Assembly: GCA_046563655.1 (NCBI GenBank)
Contig: JAJCTO010000009.1
Location: 1,178,001 to 1,242,000 of the forward strand
Direction: 5' to 3'
Source of the DNA: Yuukianura sp. NJ FZ-2021
Taxonomy: Eukaryota
Length of the DNA stretch: 64,000 nucleotides
Shown: positions 50,501 through 62,900 of the stretch, piece after piece
Numbering within the stretch: the stretch's first letter is position 1
How the letters are laid out: each line of letters begins with the position of its first letter
Made by a program: the position numbers and the translations under genes
Notes under the pieces: model-generated
What the model saw: the letters and a program-made list of their open reading frames with translations, nothing else
Told to the model about the DNA's origin: nothing
The model's database searches: none

Positions 50501-53500
50501 CATGCCTTCACTTTAGACGCAAACGATGAGTTCTCATTTTGACACCATGAATCATGACAACTCACACTTCAATCGAACTTCAGGGAAAAACCGACTATTA
50601 CATTTTCTAAATCAAAATTGAACGTTCAGCATTTTTGGCCATTTTTGGATAAATTTTTTGGAAAATACTTTTTAATATTTTCTACCGACTTGCACATTAA
50701 ATAGATCATGTCTGAAAACTTCTGCCCAACAATAGTCCGAAATTGTATTTTAGCACAGCTCCACCATACCACAAGTGCATAAGTCTAACTATTTACGATT
50801 TAGGTTTAACTTAGGGTTGAAACTATACAACAAGGTGTCAAACGTTGTGAAAAATGGAATTTATGCCTTGTTACCGCTTATACAAAAATTCTTGGTATTC
50901 ATCAAATAACGGTCCACTTCGTCGTAATGGATAACTGACCAAATCACACGTTGAAAAACATGTTGTCAGCGTCCATCCTTGAGCTCAAACTAGAAGTGCC
51001 GGTAAAGTGTCAAGCATGCCTTCACTTCAGATGCAAACCCATGAGTTTTCACTTTGACATCCATAAATCATGGTAACTCACACGTCGATGGAACTTCTGG
51101 GAAAAACCGACCCTTTACATTTTCTAAATCAAAAATTGAACATTCAGCATTTTTGGCTATTTCTGGATACAATTTTTGGAAAATACTTTTTTATATTTCC
51201 TACCAACTTGCACATTAAATAGATCATGGCTGAAAACTTCTGCCCAACAATAGTCCGAAATTGTATTTTAGCCCAGCTCCACCATATCACAAGTGCATAA
51301 GTCTAACTACGATTTAGGTTAAACTTAGGGTTGAAACTATACAACAAGGTGTTAAACGTTGTGAAAAATGGAACTTTATGCCTTGTTACCGCTCATAACA
51401 AAATTCTTGGTATTCATCAAATAACGGTCCACTTCGTCGTAATGCATAACTGACTAAATCACACGTTGAAAAACATGTTGTCAGCGTCCATCCTTGAGCT
51501 CAAACTAGAAGTGCCGGTGAAGTGTCAAGCATGCCTTCACTTCAGATGCAAACCCATGAGTTTTCACTTTGACACCATAAATCATGATAACTCACACGTC
51601 GATGGAACTTCTGGGAAAAACCGACCCTTACATTTTCTAAATCAAAATTGAACATTCAGCAATTTTGGCCATTTTTGGATAAAATTTTTGGAAAATACTT
51701 TTTAATATTTTCTACCGACTTGCACATTGAATAGATCATGTCTGAAAACTTCTGCCCAACAATAGTCCGAAATTGTATTTTAGCACAGCTCCACCATACC
51801 ACAAGTGCATAAGTCTAACTACGATTTAGGTTAAACTTAGGGTTGAAACTATACAACAAGGTGTTAAACGTTGTGAAAAATGGAACTTATGCCTTGTTAC
51901 CGCTCATAACAAAATTCTTGGTATTCATCAAATAACGGTCCACTTCGTCGTAATGCATAACTGACTAAATCACACGTTGAAAAACATGTTGTCAGCGTCC
52001 ATCCTTGAGCTTCAAACTAGAAGTGCCGGTGAAGTGTCAAGCATGCCTTCACTTTCAGATGCAACCGCATGAGTTTTCACTTTGACACCATAAATCATGA
52101 TAACTCACACGTCGATGGAACTTCTGGGAAAAACCGACCCTTACATTTTCTAAATCAAAATTGAACATTCAGCATTTTTGGCCATTTTTGGATAAAATTT
52201 TTGGAAAATACTTTTTAATATTTTCTACCGACTTGCACATTAAATAGATCATGTCTGAAAACTTCTGCCCAACAATAGTCCGAAATTGTATTTTAGCACA
52301 GCTCCACCATACCACAAGTGCATAAGTCTAACTATTTACGATTTAGGTTTAACTTAGGGTTGAAACTATACAACAAGGTGTTAAACGTTCTGAAAAATGG
52401 AATTTATGCCTTGTTACCGCTCATACCAAAATTCTTGGTATTCATCAAATAACGGTCCACTTCGTCGTAGTGCATAACTGACTAAATCACACGTTGAAAA
52501 ACATGTTGTCAGCCTCCATCCTTGAGCTCAAACTAGAAGTGCCGGTAAAGTGTCAAGCATGCCTTCACTTTAGATGCAAACGATGAGTTCTCATTTTGAC
52601 ACCATGAATCATGACAACTCACACTTCAATTGAACTTCAGTGAAAAACAGACTATTACATTTTCTAAATCAAAATTGAACATTCGGCATTTTTGGCCATT
52701 TTTGGATGAAATTTTTGGAAAATACTTTTTTATATTTCCTACCGCCTTGCACATTAATTAGATCATGTCTGAAAACTTCTGCCCAACAATAGTCCGAAAT
52801 TGTATTTTAGCACAGCTCCACCATACCATAAGTGCATAAGTCTAACTACGATTTAGGTTTAACTTAGGGTTGAAACTATACAACAAGGTGTTAAACGTTC
52901 TGAAAAATGGAATTTATGCCTTTTTACCGCTTATACAAAAATTCTTGGTATTCATCAAATAACGGTCCACTTCGTCGTAGTGCATAACTGACTAAATCAC
53001 ACGTTGAAAAACATGTTGTCAGCCTCCATTCTTGAGCTTAAACTAGAAGTGCCGGTAAAGTGTCAAGCATGCCTTCACTTCAGATGCAACCCATGAGTTT
53101 TCACTTTGACATCATAAATCATGGTAACTCACACGTCGATGGAACTTCTGGGAAAAACCGACCCTTACATTTTCTAAATCAAAAATGAACATTCAGCATT
53201 TTTGGCCATTTCTGGATACAATTTTTGGAAAATACTTTTTTATATTTCCTACCAACTTGCACATTAAATAGATCATGGCTGAAAACTTCTGCCCAACAAT
53301 AGTCCGAAATTGTATTTTAGCCCAGCTCCACCATATCACAAGTGCATAAGTCTAACTACGATTTAGGTTAAACTTAGGGTTGAAACTATACAACAAGGTG
53401 TTAAACGTTGTGAAAAATGGAACTTATGCCTTGTTACCGCTCATAACAAAATTCTTGGTATTCATCAAATAACGGTCCACTTCGTCGTAACGCATAACTG

Positions 53501-53626
53501 ACTAAATCACACGTTGAAAAACATGTTGTCAGCGTCCATCCTTGAGCTCAAACTAGAAGTGCCGGTAAAGTGTCAAGCATGCCTTCACTTTAGATGCAAA
53601 CGATGAGTTCTCATTTTGACACCATG

Positions 53627-54815
53627 AGCTATACTGGGTGGTAGGGGAATGGCACTTTTTTCAAAATGGCCGCCGTCCTTATCAGCTATTGCATCTGCAT
53701 ATGACGTTTTTTGCTCATGCGCAAAAACGTTTTTGCGCATGACGTCACCCCCCCACTTCCGCACCCCCCCACCCCCCCCCCCACTATATATCCCTTCCCC
53801 CTATATCCACCCCCCCCCCCACGTGACCCCGCCCCCCCTTACAAAAAAAAATACAACAATAGAAATTTTGGCAACAATGTAAATTTGACAACAATGGATT
53901 TTTTTTTGAAATTTTCAAGTAAAAAATATTTTGAAAAAAAAAATAATTTTTTTGAAATTTTAAAATTGAAAAAAAAATTAAATTGAAAATTCAAATTTCT
54001 AAAAAACAAAAAGCAACTTTCCCCAGATTACCCCAACTTTAAATGTCAAGGTCACGCACACTTTTTCAAGGTCACTCCAATTTTTTTTTCAAGGTCATGC
54101 GCGCCATTTGCATTGGCATGTGCATTTGCGTCAGGTCATGCGCGCTGATTTGCAATTTCGTGTAAATTGTTCAATGTCATTCAACTTTTTTTCAAGGTCA
54201 AGCGAGCATTTTGAAATTGTCAAGTCCCGGGAGCCCTTTTCTGGGATCCCGGGACCAGGAAGATCAAGTATGGCCCATGGGCAGTATATTCGGCTGGTCA
54301 GAGGATTAGTGGGGTACCACTCGGCCACTGCCAAAAGAAACCGCAAACCACTTCCGGTTAACCTGTTGGAACAAACCGCAAACCACTTCCGGTCAACTTG
54401 CCCGCGCATATGCACGTACGAATCCATTTGAATTTTCACTTGTGTTTGCTAAAAACACCAAGGTCAAAGTTCAAGCCGAGTGACGCGCCACTGTCAGACG
54501 CTTCACTCGGCAATAGACCCGGTCACGCTCGGGGGCGTGGCTAGCCGCCCGACTCTTGAGCCAATCAGTATTGAGCATTTCAAAAGTGGGCGTGGCTCGA
54601 GGAAATGGAGACATTTGATTGGTCGAGACTTGCCGCTACACCCGGGGGTGTGGCCAACTCTGGCCAATGTACGTTTGCAATTTCAAAAAGGGGCGTGGCC
54701 TCAGAAAATGGAGACATTTGATTGGTCGACAAAACTTGCCACACATTGGGCCCGCCCTCAAGCCATAGTGTTGTCATTTCCTGCTTAAACTCAGACAAGT
54801 CGCCCGGGCGGACTG
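53627..54815 (+). repeat. Left TIR of element 3
   Basis: Reverse complement of 58766-59949; identical 102-aa and 72-aa pseudo-ORFs on opposite strands. Confidence 0.95.
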
Positions 54816-54940
54816 TTTATACACAAAATGGTCATGCTTACTTGTGGGTGGTTACATTGCGACTGTCCCGTCTTCACCCCTTGCCACGCGACCCCTGCAT
54901 TTTTTTTGCAGTTTTTTACGGTGACGTCCTTGGTTGTGCC

Positions 54941-54976
54941 TATATAAGACCGTCAAGTTGCCCCAAACGGCTCAGT
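54941..54976 (+). promoter_or_regulatory. TATA plus Inr for the minor capsid gene
   Basis: TATATAAG at 54941, TCAGT at 54972, ATG at 55068. Confidence 0.65.
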
Positions 54977-55067
54977 GTTTCACTAGCTTCTGCGTCGATA
55001 ACATTACCTTCTCCTAAAAAGTTCAAGTGAAAGTGTTAATTTGTTATTGTTCAAATCGCCGTCAGCA

Positions 55068-56139
55068 ATGGCCGTCGTTGTTAAACTCAGTTCGCGATAC
55101 ATTATCGTGGATAGCGCTTTAAACAGCAGGTTTTACCCAGAAAATAAACCAAACGAGTTTCGTGCCAATTTGGATCCTGTGCTTGATGGCTGGAAGCAAC
55201 CACTGGAGGTTGCCATTTCTGGAATGCACTACACTCCAGCACCCAAAACCCAACGAAACATTTTTGGCCACAGTGAGGGTGACAATGTCATAAACGTAAC
55301 CGAGCACTTGGAGGTGACGGTTACAATCTCAAAAATGGATGGAATAATAAAGTTTTTCGGTCATGTCAACAAGGAATTGAAGAAATTTTGACCGAAAAAT
55401 TGTCATATCATACACAAACAAGGTCTTTTCACTTACCAACGACGAAAAAGACCATTTGGTTACCATGACAGCCGAGTATGCCCAAGCGTTTGGCTTTGAT
55501 ACCAACACGTTCCCAAATGGAGTGACGCATGGCCATGAATATACCGAAGCTGTTTTTGACGCAATTGATCCAACAATTAACATGACGCTCCACATTTTCC
55601 AAGACAAGGTCAACTTGGCAACCGTGGTAGAACCAAAAGAAAAGACGGTGGGAGGCCTAATTCTAGCCATGAACGCCGCCTTGGCTACATTCCAAATTAC
55701 ATTCAAGTACTCTGAGGAAGAGGCTGTACTCTAATACACCCGAGAATCTACAGCCAATTACATTACGACCCTCTCGCCACTTTTGGAAAAAATATTTGGA
55801 CTGCCAATGGGAGCCGCATTCAAGGGATTTAGCCAAACGAATCCAGCCAAGGCCGAAATTGACCTTGGAGTGACGTCAAAACATCTCCTTGTCGTGTGCG
55901 ATCTTGCGGAATATACCCAGTTTGGAGACAAGGTGCTGCCGTTGATTGGAATATTCCCACAAGGCGATCAGGATGGCAAGCCAGTCGACTTGCAAGTCAA
56001 TGTACCGCGTTATTTTGCGGTAAAAGGACAGTCGATGATCAATTCCATTTACGTTCAACTTTTGGACGAAAATCTGGCACCAATTCCTGAAGCACACAGC
56101 GCAACCCAACTTGTTCTTCACGTCAGAAAATCCACCTAA
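55068..56139 (+). pseudogene. Polinton minor capsid protein (penton, single jelly roll); frameshift ~55388 and in-frame TAA 55732-55734
   Basis: N-term YIIVDSALNSRFYPENKPNEFRANL...LEVAISGMHY; C-term LLVVCDLAEYTQFGDKVLPLIGIF...PRYFAV...INSIYVQLLDENLAPI...LVLHVRK. Both match Polinton mCP motifs. Confidence 0.85.
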
Positions 56140-56325
56140 ATTGTCCAAAAACCAGTTATTAACGGCCACAAAAGACAAAATCTGTTCAGTTGACGTCTGA
56201 CTTGCGACCAAGCAACACGAAAACAGCGCAAAACAGTGTAAAATTTACACCAAAACCCTTAAAAACGTCGTCAGTATCAACTTTGTACTCGTCGAAGCAA
56301 CATCTAGTGCATTTTTTGTGTAAAA

Positions 56326-56815
56326 ATGGAAGTTGACGAACCAGGAAACTCTGATTTTAGCAACAATAGTGACAGTGTGACGCCAGAAAATGGCGAAAAC
56401 AAGTGCGACAATGCAAGTTTAGCCACAAAAACGATATCATCGCCCGCTATTGTTCAAAAAATGTCCGCGGAGTTGCCCAAAAAGAGGGCCAAGAAGCGAT
56501 CGCGGCCCAAAAAAGTGTCAAATTTGAAGCAAAATTTACCCAAAAGTGGGTCCAGCAGTACAGATTCAGACGAAAATCTTTGCAACAATTGCAGAAAACT
56601 GCAAATTTCTAAAGACAATAGCAAAAAGTGGGTCCAGCAGTACAGATTCAGACGAAAATCTTTGCAACAATTGCAGAAAACTGCAAATTTCTAAAGACAA
56701 TAGCAGAAAACCAAAGAAATCTACTAAAAGTGCCCGAAAAAGGCATAAGATTGTTGCAAAATTGCAAAATTTGGCGCAAAAAGCTATAAAAGGGAGCCTG
56801 TTTTACAACAATTAG
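56326..56815 (+). pseudogene. Small Lys/Arg/Ser-rich protein, disrupted by an 82-bp tandem duplication
   Basis: PKKRAKKRSRPKK and RKPKKSTKSARKRHK; removing one copy of 56542-56623 restores a single frame. Confidence 0.55.
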
Positions 56816-56960
56816 TCAGTCTGCGTCTGAATTTCGACGAGTAAACACGTGTCTAGTGCGTAGTGCTACCCCAAAGTTTACACGTTAACCCTTGAAAATA
56901 GTGCTCAGTCGTTATTTGGAAACCGTCAAAGCAACATCTCGTGCGTGTTTTTGTGCTAAA

Positions 56961-58270
56961 ATGGAGGTTAATGTGCCAGTGAATTCGAAATTGGTCACCA
57001 CAAGTGCCAAATTTGACCTATTTTCAAAACCAACCACGGATGTGTCGTTCATTTTGGGCAATTATCTAGTAGTGAAACCATTTTCACCATCGACAGACCC
57101 TAATCCAATCTACTTTCGAGTGGAACAGCCGGCACATGGTTACTTGGACCTGTCGGATTCTTTTTAAAACTAGTATTTTCAATTAAAAAAAGTGATGGGA
57201 CGCCACTCACCGATGCAGACCAAATTGCGCCTGAAAATTTATTTTTTCATGCGTTCATTGAGGATTTCAAAGTTTTGGTCAACAATTGCCAAGTAGTTGC
57301 TCAAGGATACCGAGCATACTCGTATGAAGCCTGGATGCTCACTCAACTCTTTAACGGCATTGGAACCAAATGCAGCACATTGTCAAAAGTGGGTTATTAT
57401 GCCGGAGATGTCATGGACACCTACGACGACACAAACCCGAGTTACAAGGCGCGATTAAACTTGGCAAAAAATAGTCAAACGTTTGAAATGATTGGTCGCC
57501 CGTTTGTCGGCCTATTTACGACCAAAAAGTTATTCCCGCACAACACTCAATTCTATTTTGAAATTAAAAAGAGCGATGCATCCTTTTGCTTGCGAGGACC
57601 GGCCACTACCACCAAATACAAAATTACAGTCGAGTCGGCCGAGTATTATATTCGCCAGGTGAATCCCAGCGAAAAAATAGTGACTCAGATCCGGCAAGGG
57701 TTTGCAAAAAACAAAGTGGCCAACTATTCATACGATCAGGCCCACATGCGTTTAGAATATGTGTCGAAAACCTCAGTTCGGTTGATTTGACAAATGCCTA
57801 CCACAGTACTATGCACCCAAAACTTCTTTTAGTTGGCATTTTGGAACTAGAAGTTTACGAAGATAAAAGTTGAAAAGTCGCCATTCAACTTTAAACCCCA
57901 CGGTGTTAGCCGTCTGTTGCTAAAATTTGAGCAAAAACCGTTGGTCTATCAAGAAATGATTTTCAAAGACAAAAATTACATGCTTGCCTATCACAATTTG
58001 TGCAAGTTGGTTTCTCGTCAGACTGAAGGAAATGACATTTCCTACGACAAGTTTGTAAACGGAAATGCAATCTTTGCATTTGACGTCCAGGATTTGTGGA
58101 CTGACGGGTACAATGCGACCAGATCTGGACAATACGGGCTGGAAATTGATTTTGAAACCCCGACGACGAAGGATTTGGTGGTTCTCATCATCGGAGTCGA
58201 AGACGAAACTTTACAAATTGATGGAAATAGAATTACTGGACTTGCATCCAACAAAAAAATATTCTTTTAA
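56961..58270 (+). pseudogene. Polinton major capsid protein (double jelly roll); three homopolymer frameshifts (~57163, ~57770, ~57867)
   Basis: FDLFSKPTTDVSF...KPFSP...PIYFRV...YLDLSDSF; APENLFFHAF; YSYEAW; PFNFKPHGV; ISYDKFVNGNAIFAFDV; LEIDFETP...LVVLII...LQIDGNR. TATAAAA at ~56784 and TCAGT at ~56816. Confidence 0.9.
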
Positions 58271-58690
58271 AAATAACTTTATTTTTAATCTTCATTAGCC
58301 CTGTCTCAAGTCTTTCTTGTTGTAAATTTTTCAACATTTGAAAAATAAACTAATCTCCTCATTCAAAAAAAAACATGGTGTCTTTTATAAATAAAAGTAA
58401 AAAAACGAAAAAAAAAACCAAAAAAAAAAAGAGAAAAAAAAAGAGAAAAAAAGGACAAAAACAAACAAAAACTGTATTCAGTTTTGGTTTTCTGCAAAGC
58501 TGTTGGTGGTGGCACAAATTGCCGGTTGTTTTATACGGTTGTTCAAAGTCAGGTTTATGCCGTACGCTTTTCTCCAAACACGTTTCCGTAATATAATTTA
58601 ACATAGTGTTGTAAGCGTAAGTAACTCGGGCATGCCAGTGACAAACGCCAAGCCTGCGTTTGTATTGTTCCGAAAACGCTTGAACAACAT

Positions 58691-58775
58691 AAAAATTATT
58701 TGGGGGCAGATTGAATCGAACTCACGGATCCTACCATCAGATCTAATCCAAGTGGAGGCTCTAACCAGTCCGCCC
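58691..58775 (-). ncRNA. Putative Pol III tRNA-like small RNA at the inner edge of the right TIR
   Basis: Minus strand GGGCGGACTGGTTAGAGC (A-box/D-arm-like)...GAGTTCGATTC (B-box)...AATCTGCCC (pairs with the 5' end), then AAATAATTTTT. Confidence 0.5.
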
Positions 58776-59949
58776 GGGCGACTTGTCTGAGTTTAAGCAG
58801 GAAATGACAACACTATGGCTTGAGGGCGGGCCCAATGTGTGGCAAGTTTTGTCGACCAATCAAATGTCTCCATTTTCTGAGGCCACGCCCCTTTTTGAAA
58901 TTGCAAACGTACATTGGCCAGAGTTGGCCACACCCCCGGGTGTAGCGGCAAGTCTCGACCAATCAAATGTCTCCATTTCCTCGAGCCACGCCCACTTTTG
59001 AAATGCTCAATACTGATTGGCTCAAGAGTCGGGCGGCTAGCCACGCCCCCGAGCGTGACCGGGTCTATTGCCGAGTGAAGCGTCTGACAGTGGCGCGTCA
59101 CTCGGCTTGAACTTTGACCTTGGTGTTTTTAGCAAACACAAGTGAAAATTCAAATGGATTCGTACGTGCATATGCGCGGGCAAGTTGACCGGAAGTGGTT
59201 TGCGGTTTGTTCCAACAGGTTAACCGGAAGTGGTTTGCGGTTTCTTTTGGCAGTGGCCGAGTGGTACCCCACTAATCCTCTGACCAGCCGAATATACTGC
59301 CCATGGGCCATACTTGATCTTCCTGGTCCCGGGATCCCAGAAAAGGGCTCCCGGGACTTGACAATTTCAAAATGCTCGCTTGACCTTGAAAAAAGTTGAA
59401 TGACATTGAACAATTTACACGAAATTGCAAATCAGCGCGCATGACCTGACGCAAATGCACATGCCAATGCAAATGGCGCGCATGACCTTGAAAAAAATTG
59501 GAGTGACCTTGAAAAAGTGTGCGTGACCTTGACATTTAAAGTTGGGGTAATCTGGGGAAAGTTGCTTTTTGTTTTTTAGAAATTTGAATTTTCAATTTAA
59601 TTTTTTTTTCAATTTTAAAATTTCAAAAAAATTATTTTTTTTTCAAAATATTTTTTACTTTAAAAATTTCAAAAAAATTCCATTGTTGTCAAATTTACAT
59701 TGTTGCCAAAATTTCTATTGTTGTATTTTTTTTTGTAAGGGGGGGCGGGGTCACGTGGGGGGGGGGGGTGGATATAGGGGGAAGGGATATATAGTGGGGG
59801 GGGGTGGGGGGGTGCGGAAGTGGGGGGGGTGACGTCATGCGCAAAACGTTTTTGCGCATGAGCAAAAAACGTCATATGCAGATGCAATAGCTGATAAGGA
59901 CGGCGGCCATTTTGAAAAAAGTGCCATTCCCCTACCACTCAGTATAGCT
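58766..59949 (-). repeat. Right TIR of element 3
   Basis: Reverse complement of 53627-54815. Confidence 0.95.
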
Positions 59950-62900
59950 ACCATGAATCATGACAACTCACACTTCAATCGAACTTCAGTGAAAAACAGA
60001 CTATTACATTTTCTAAATCAAAATTGAACATTCAGCATTTTTGGCCATTTTTGGATGAAATTTTTGGAAAATACTTTTTTATATTTCCTACCGCCTTGCC
60101 TTGCACATTAATTAGATCATGTCTGAAAACTTCTGCCCAACAATAGTCCGAAATTGTATTTTAGCACAGCTCCACCATACCATAAGTGCATAAGTCTAAC
60201 TACGATTTAGGTTTAACTTAGGGTTGAAACTATACAACAAGGTGTTAAACGTTCTGAAAAATGGAATTTATGCCTTTTTACCGCTTATACAAAAATTCTT
60301 GGTATTCATCAAATAACGGTCCACTTCGTCGTAGTGCATAACTGACTAAATCACACGTTGAAAAACATGTTGTCAGCGTCCATCCTTGAGCTCAAACTAG
60401 AAGTGCCGGTAAAGTGTCAAGCATGCCTTCACTTCAGATGCAACCCATGAGTTTTCACTTTGACATCATAAATCATGGTAACTCACACGTCGATGGAACT
60501 TCTGGGAAAAACCGACCCTTACATTTTCTAAATCAAAATTGAACATTCAGCATTTTTGGCCATTTCTGGATACAATTTTTGGAAAATACTTTTTTATATT
60601 TCCTACCAACTTGCACATTAAATAGATCATGTCTGAAAACTTCTGCCCAACAATAGTCCGAAATTGTATTTTAGCCCAGCTCCACCATACCACAAGTGCA
60701 TAAGTCTAACTACGATTTAGGTTTAACTTAGGGTTGAAACTATACAACAAGGTGTTAAACGTTGTGAAAAATGGAACTTATGCCTTGTTACCGCTCATAC
60801 CAAAATTCTTGGTATTCATCAAATAACGGTCCACTTCGTCGTAATGCATAACTGACTAAATCACACGTTGAAAAACATGTTGTCAGCGTCCATCCTTGAG
60901 CTCAAACTAGAAGTGCCGGTGAAGTGTCAAGCATGCCTTCACTTTAGATGCAAACCATGAGTTCTCACTTTGACATCATAAATCATGACAACTCACACGT
61001 CAATGGAACTTCAGGGAAAAACCGACTATTACATTTTCTAAATCAAAATTGAACATTCAGCATTTTTGGCCATTTCTGGATACAATTTTTGGAAAATACT
61101 TTTTAATATTGTCTACCGACTTGCACATTAAATAGATCATGTCTGAAAACTTCTGCCCAACAATAGTCCGAAATTGTATTTTAGCACAGCTCCACCATAC
61201 CACAAGTGCATAAGTCTAACTACGATTTAGGTTTAACTTAGGGTTGAAACTATACAACAAGGTGTTAAACGTTGTGAAAAATGGAATTTATGCCTTGTTA
61301 CCGCTCATACCAAAATTCTTGGTATTCATCAAATAACGGTCCACTTCGTCGTAATGCATAACTGACTAAATCACACGTTGAAAAACATGTTGTCAGCGTC
61401 CATCCTTGAGCTCAAACTAGAAGTGCCGGTGAAGTGTCAAGCATGCCTTCACTTTAGACGCAAACCCATGAGTTCTCATTTTGACACCATGAATCATGAC
61501 AACTCACACTTCAATGGAACTTCTGGGAAAAACCGACCCTTACATTTTCTAAATCAAGAATGAACATTCAGCATTTTTGGCCATTTTTGGATAAAATTTT
61601 TGGAAAATACTTTTTTATATTTCCTACCAACTTGCACATTAAATAGATCATGTCTGAAAACTTCTGCCCAACAATAGTCCGAAATTGTATTTTAGCACAG
61701 CTCCACCATACCACAAGTGCATAAGTCTAACTACGATTTAGGTTTAACTTAGGGTTGAAACTATACAACAAGGTGTCAAACGTTGTGAAAAATGGAATTT
61801 ATGCCTTGTTACCGCTCATACCAAAATTCTTGGTATTCATCAAATAACGGTCCACTTCGTCGTAATGCATAACTGACTAAATCACACGTTGAAAAACATG
61901 TTGTCAGCGTCCATCCTTGAGCTTAAACTAGAAGTGCCGGTAAAGTGTCAAGCATGCCTTCACTTTAGATGCAAACGATGAGTTCTCATTTTGACACCAT
62001 GAATCATGACAACTCAGGTTTAACTTAGGATTGAAACTATACAACAAGGTGTTAAACGTTGTGAAAAATGGAACTTATGCCTTTTTACCGCTTATACAAA
62101 AATTCTTGGTATTCATCAAATAACGTTCCACTTCGTCGTAGTGCACAACTGACTAAATCACACGTTGAAAAACATGTTGTCAGCGTCCATCCTTGAGCTC
62201 AAACTAGAAGTGCCGGTAAAGTGTCAAGCATGCCTTCACTTCAGATGCAACCCATGAGTTTTCACTTTGACATCATAAATCATGGTAACTCACACGTCGA
62301 TGGAACTTCTGGGAAAAACCGACCCTTACATTTTCTAAATCAAAAATGAACATTCAGCATTTTTGGCCATTTCTGGATACAATTTTTGGAAAATACTTTT
62401 TTATATTTCCTACCAACTTGCACATTAAATAGATCATGTCTGAAAACTTCTGCCCAACAATAGTCCGAAATTGTATTTTAGCCCAGCTCCACCATACCAC
62501 AAGTGCATAAGTCTAACTACGATTTAGGTTTAACTTAGGGTTGAAACTATACAACAAGGTGTCAAACGTTGTGAAAAATGGAATTTATGCCTTGTTACCG
62601 CTCATACCAAAATTCTTGGTATTCATCAAATAACGGTCCACTTCGTCGTAATGCATAACTGACTAAATCACACGTTGAAAAACATGTTGTCAGCGTCCAT
62701 CCTTGAGCTCAAACTAGAAGTGCCGGTGAAGTGTCAAGCATGCCTTCACTTCAGATGCAACCCATGAGTTTTCACTTTGACATCATAACTCACACGTCGA
62801 TGGAACTTCTGGGAAAAACCGACCCTTACATTTTCTAAATCAAGAATGAACATTCAGCATTTTTGGCCATTTTTGGATAAAATTTTTGGAAAATACTTTT

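Larger units (their letters stand above)
53627..59949 (+). mobile_element. Polinton/Maverick-type capsid-only element (element 3), 6323 bp
   Basis: Termini AGCTATACTG...CAGTATAGCT; 6-bp TSD ACCATG (53621-53626, 59950-59955); ~1.19-kb TIRs; mCP and MCP genes. Confidence 0.93.

Noticed and set aside
48409..51651. Short ORFs in satellite B
   Set aside because: Appear only where single-base indels open a frame in individual monomers.
53649..54798. ORFs within element 3 TIRs (and mirrors 58783-59938)
   Set aside because: Low-complexity or motif-rich regulatory DNA; no recognisable protein features.
58359..58604. Lys-rich/Phe-rich ORFs
   Set aside because: Translation of an A-rich tract downstream of MCP.
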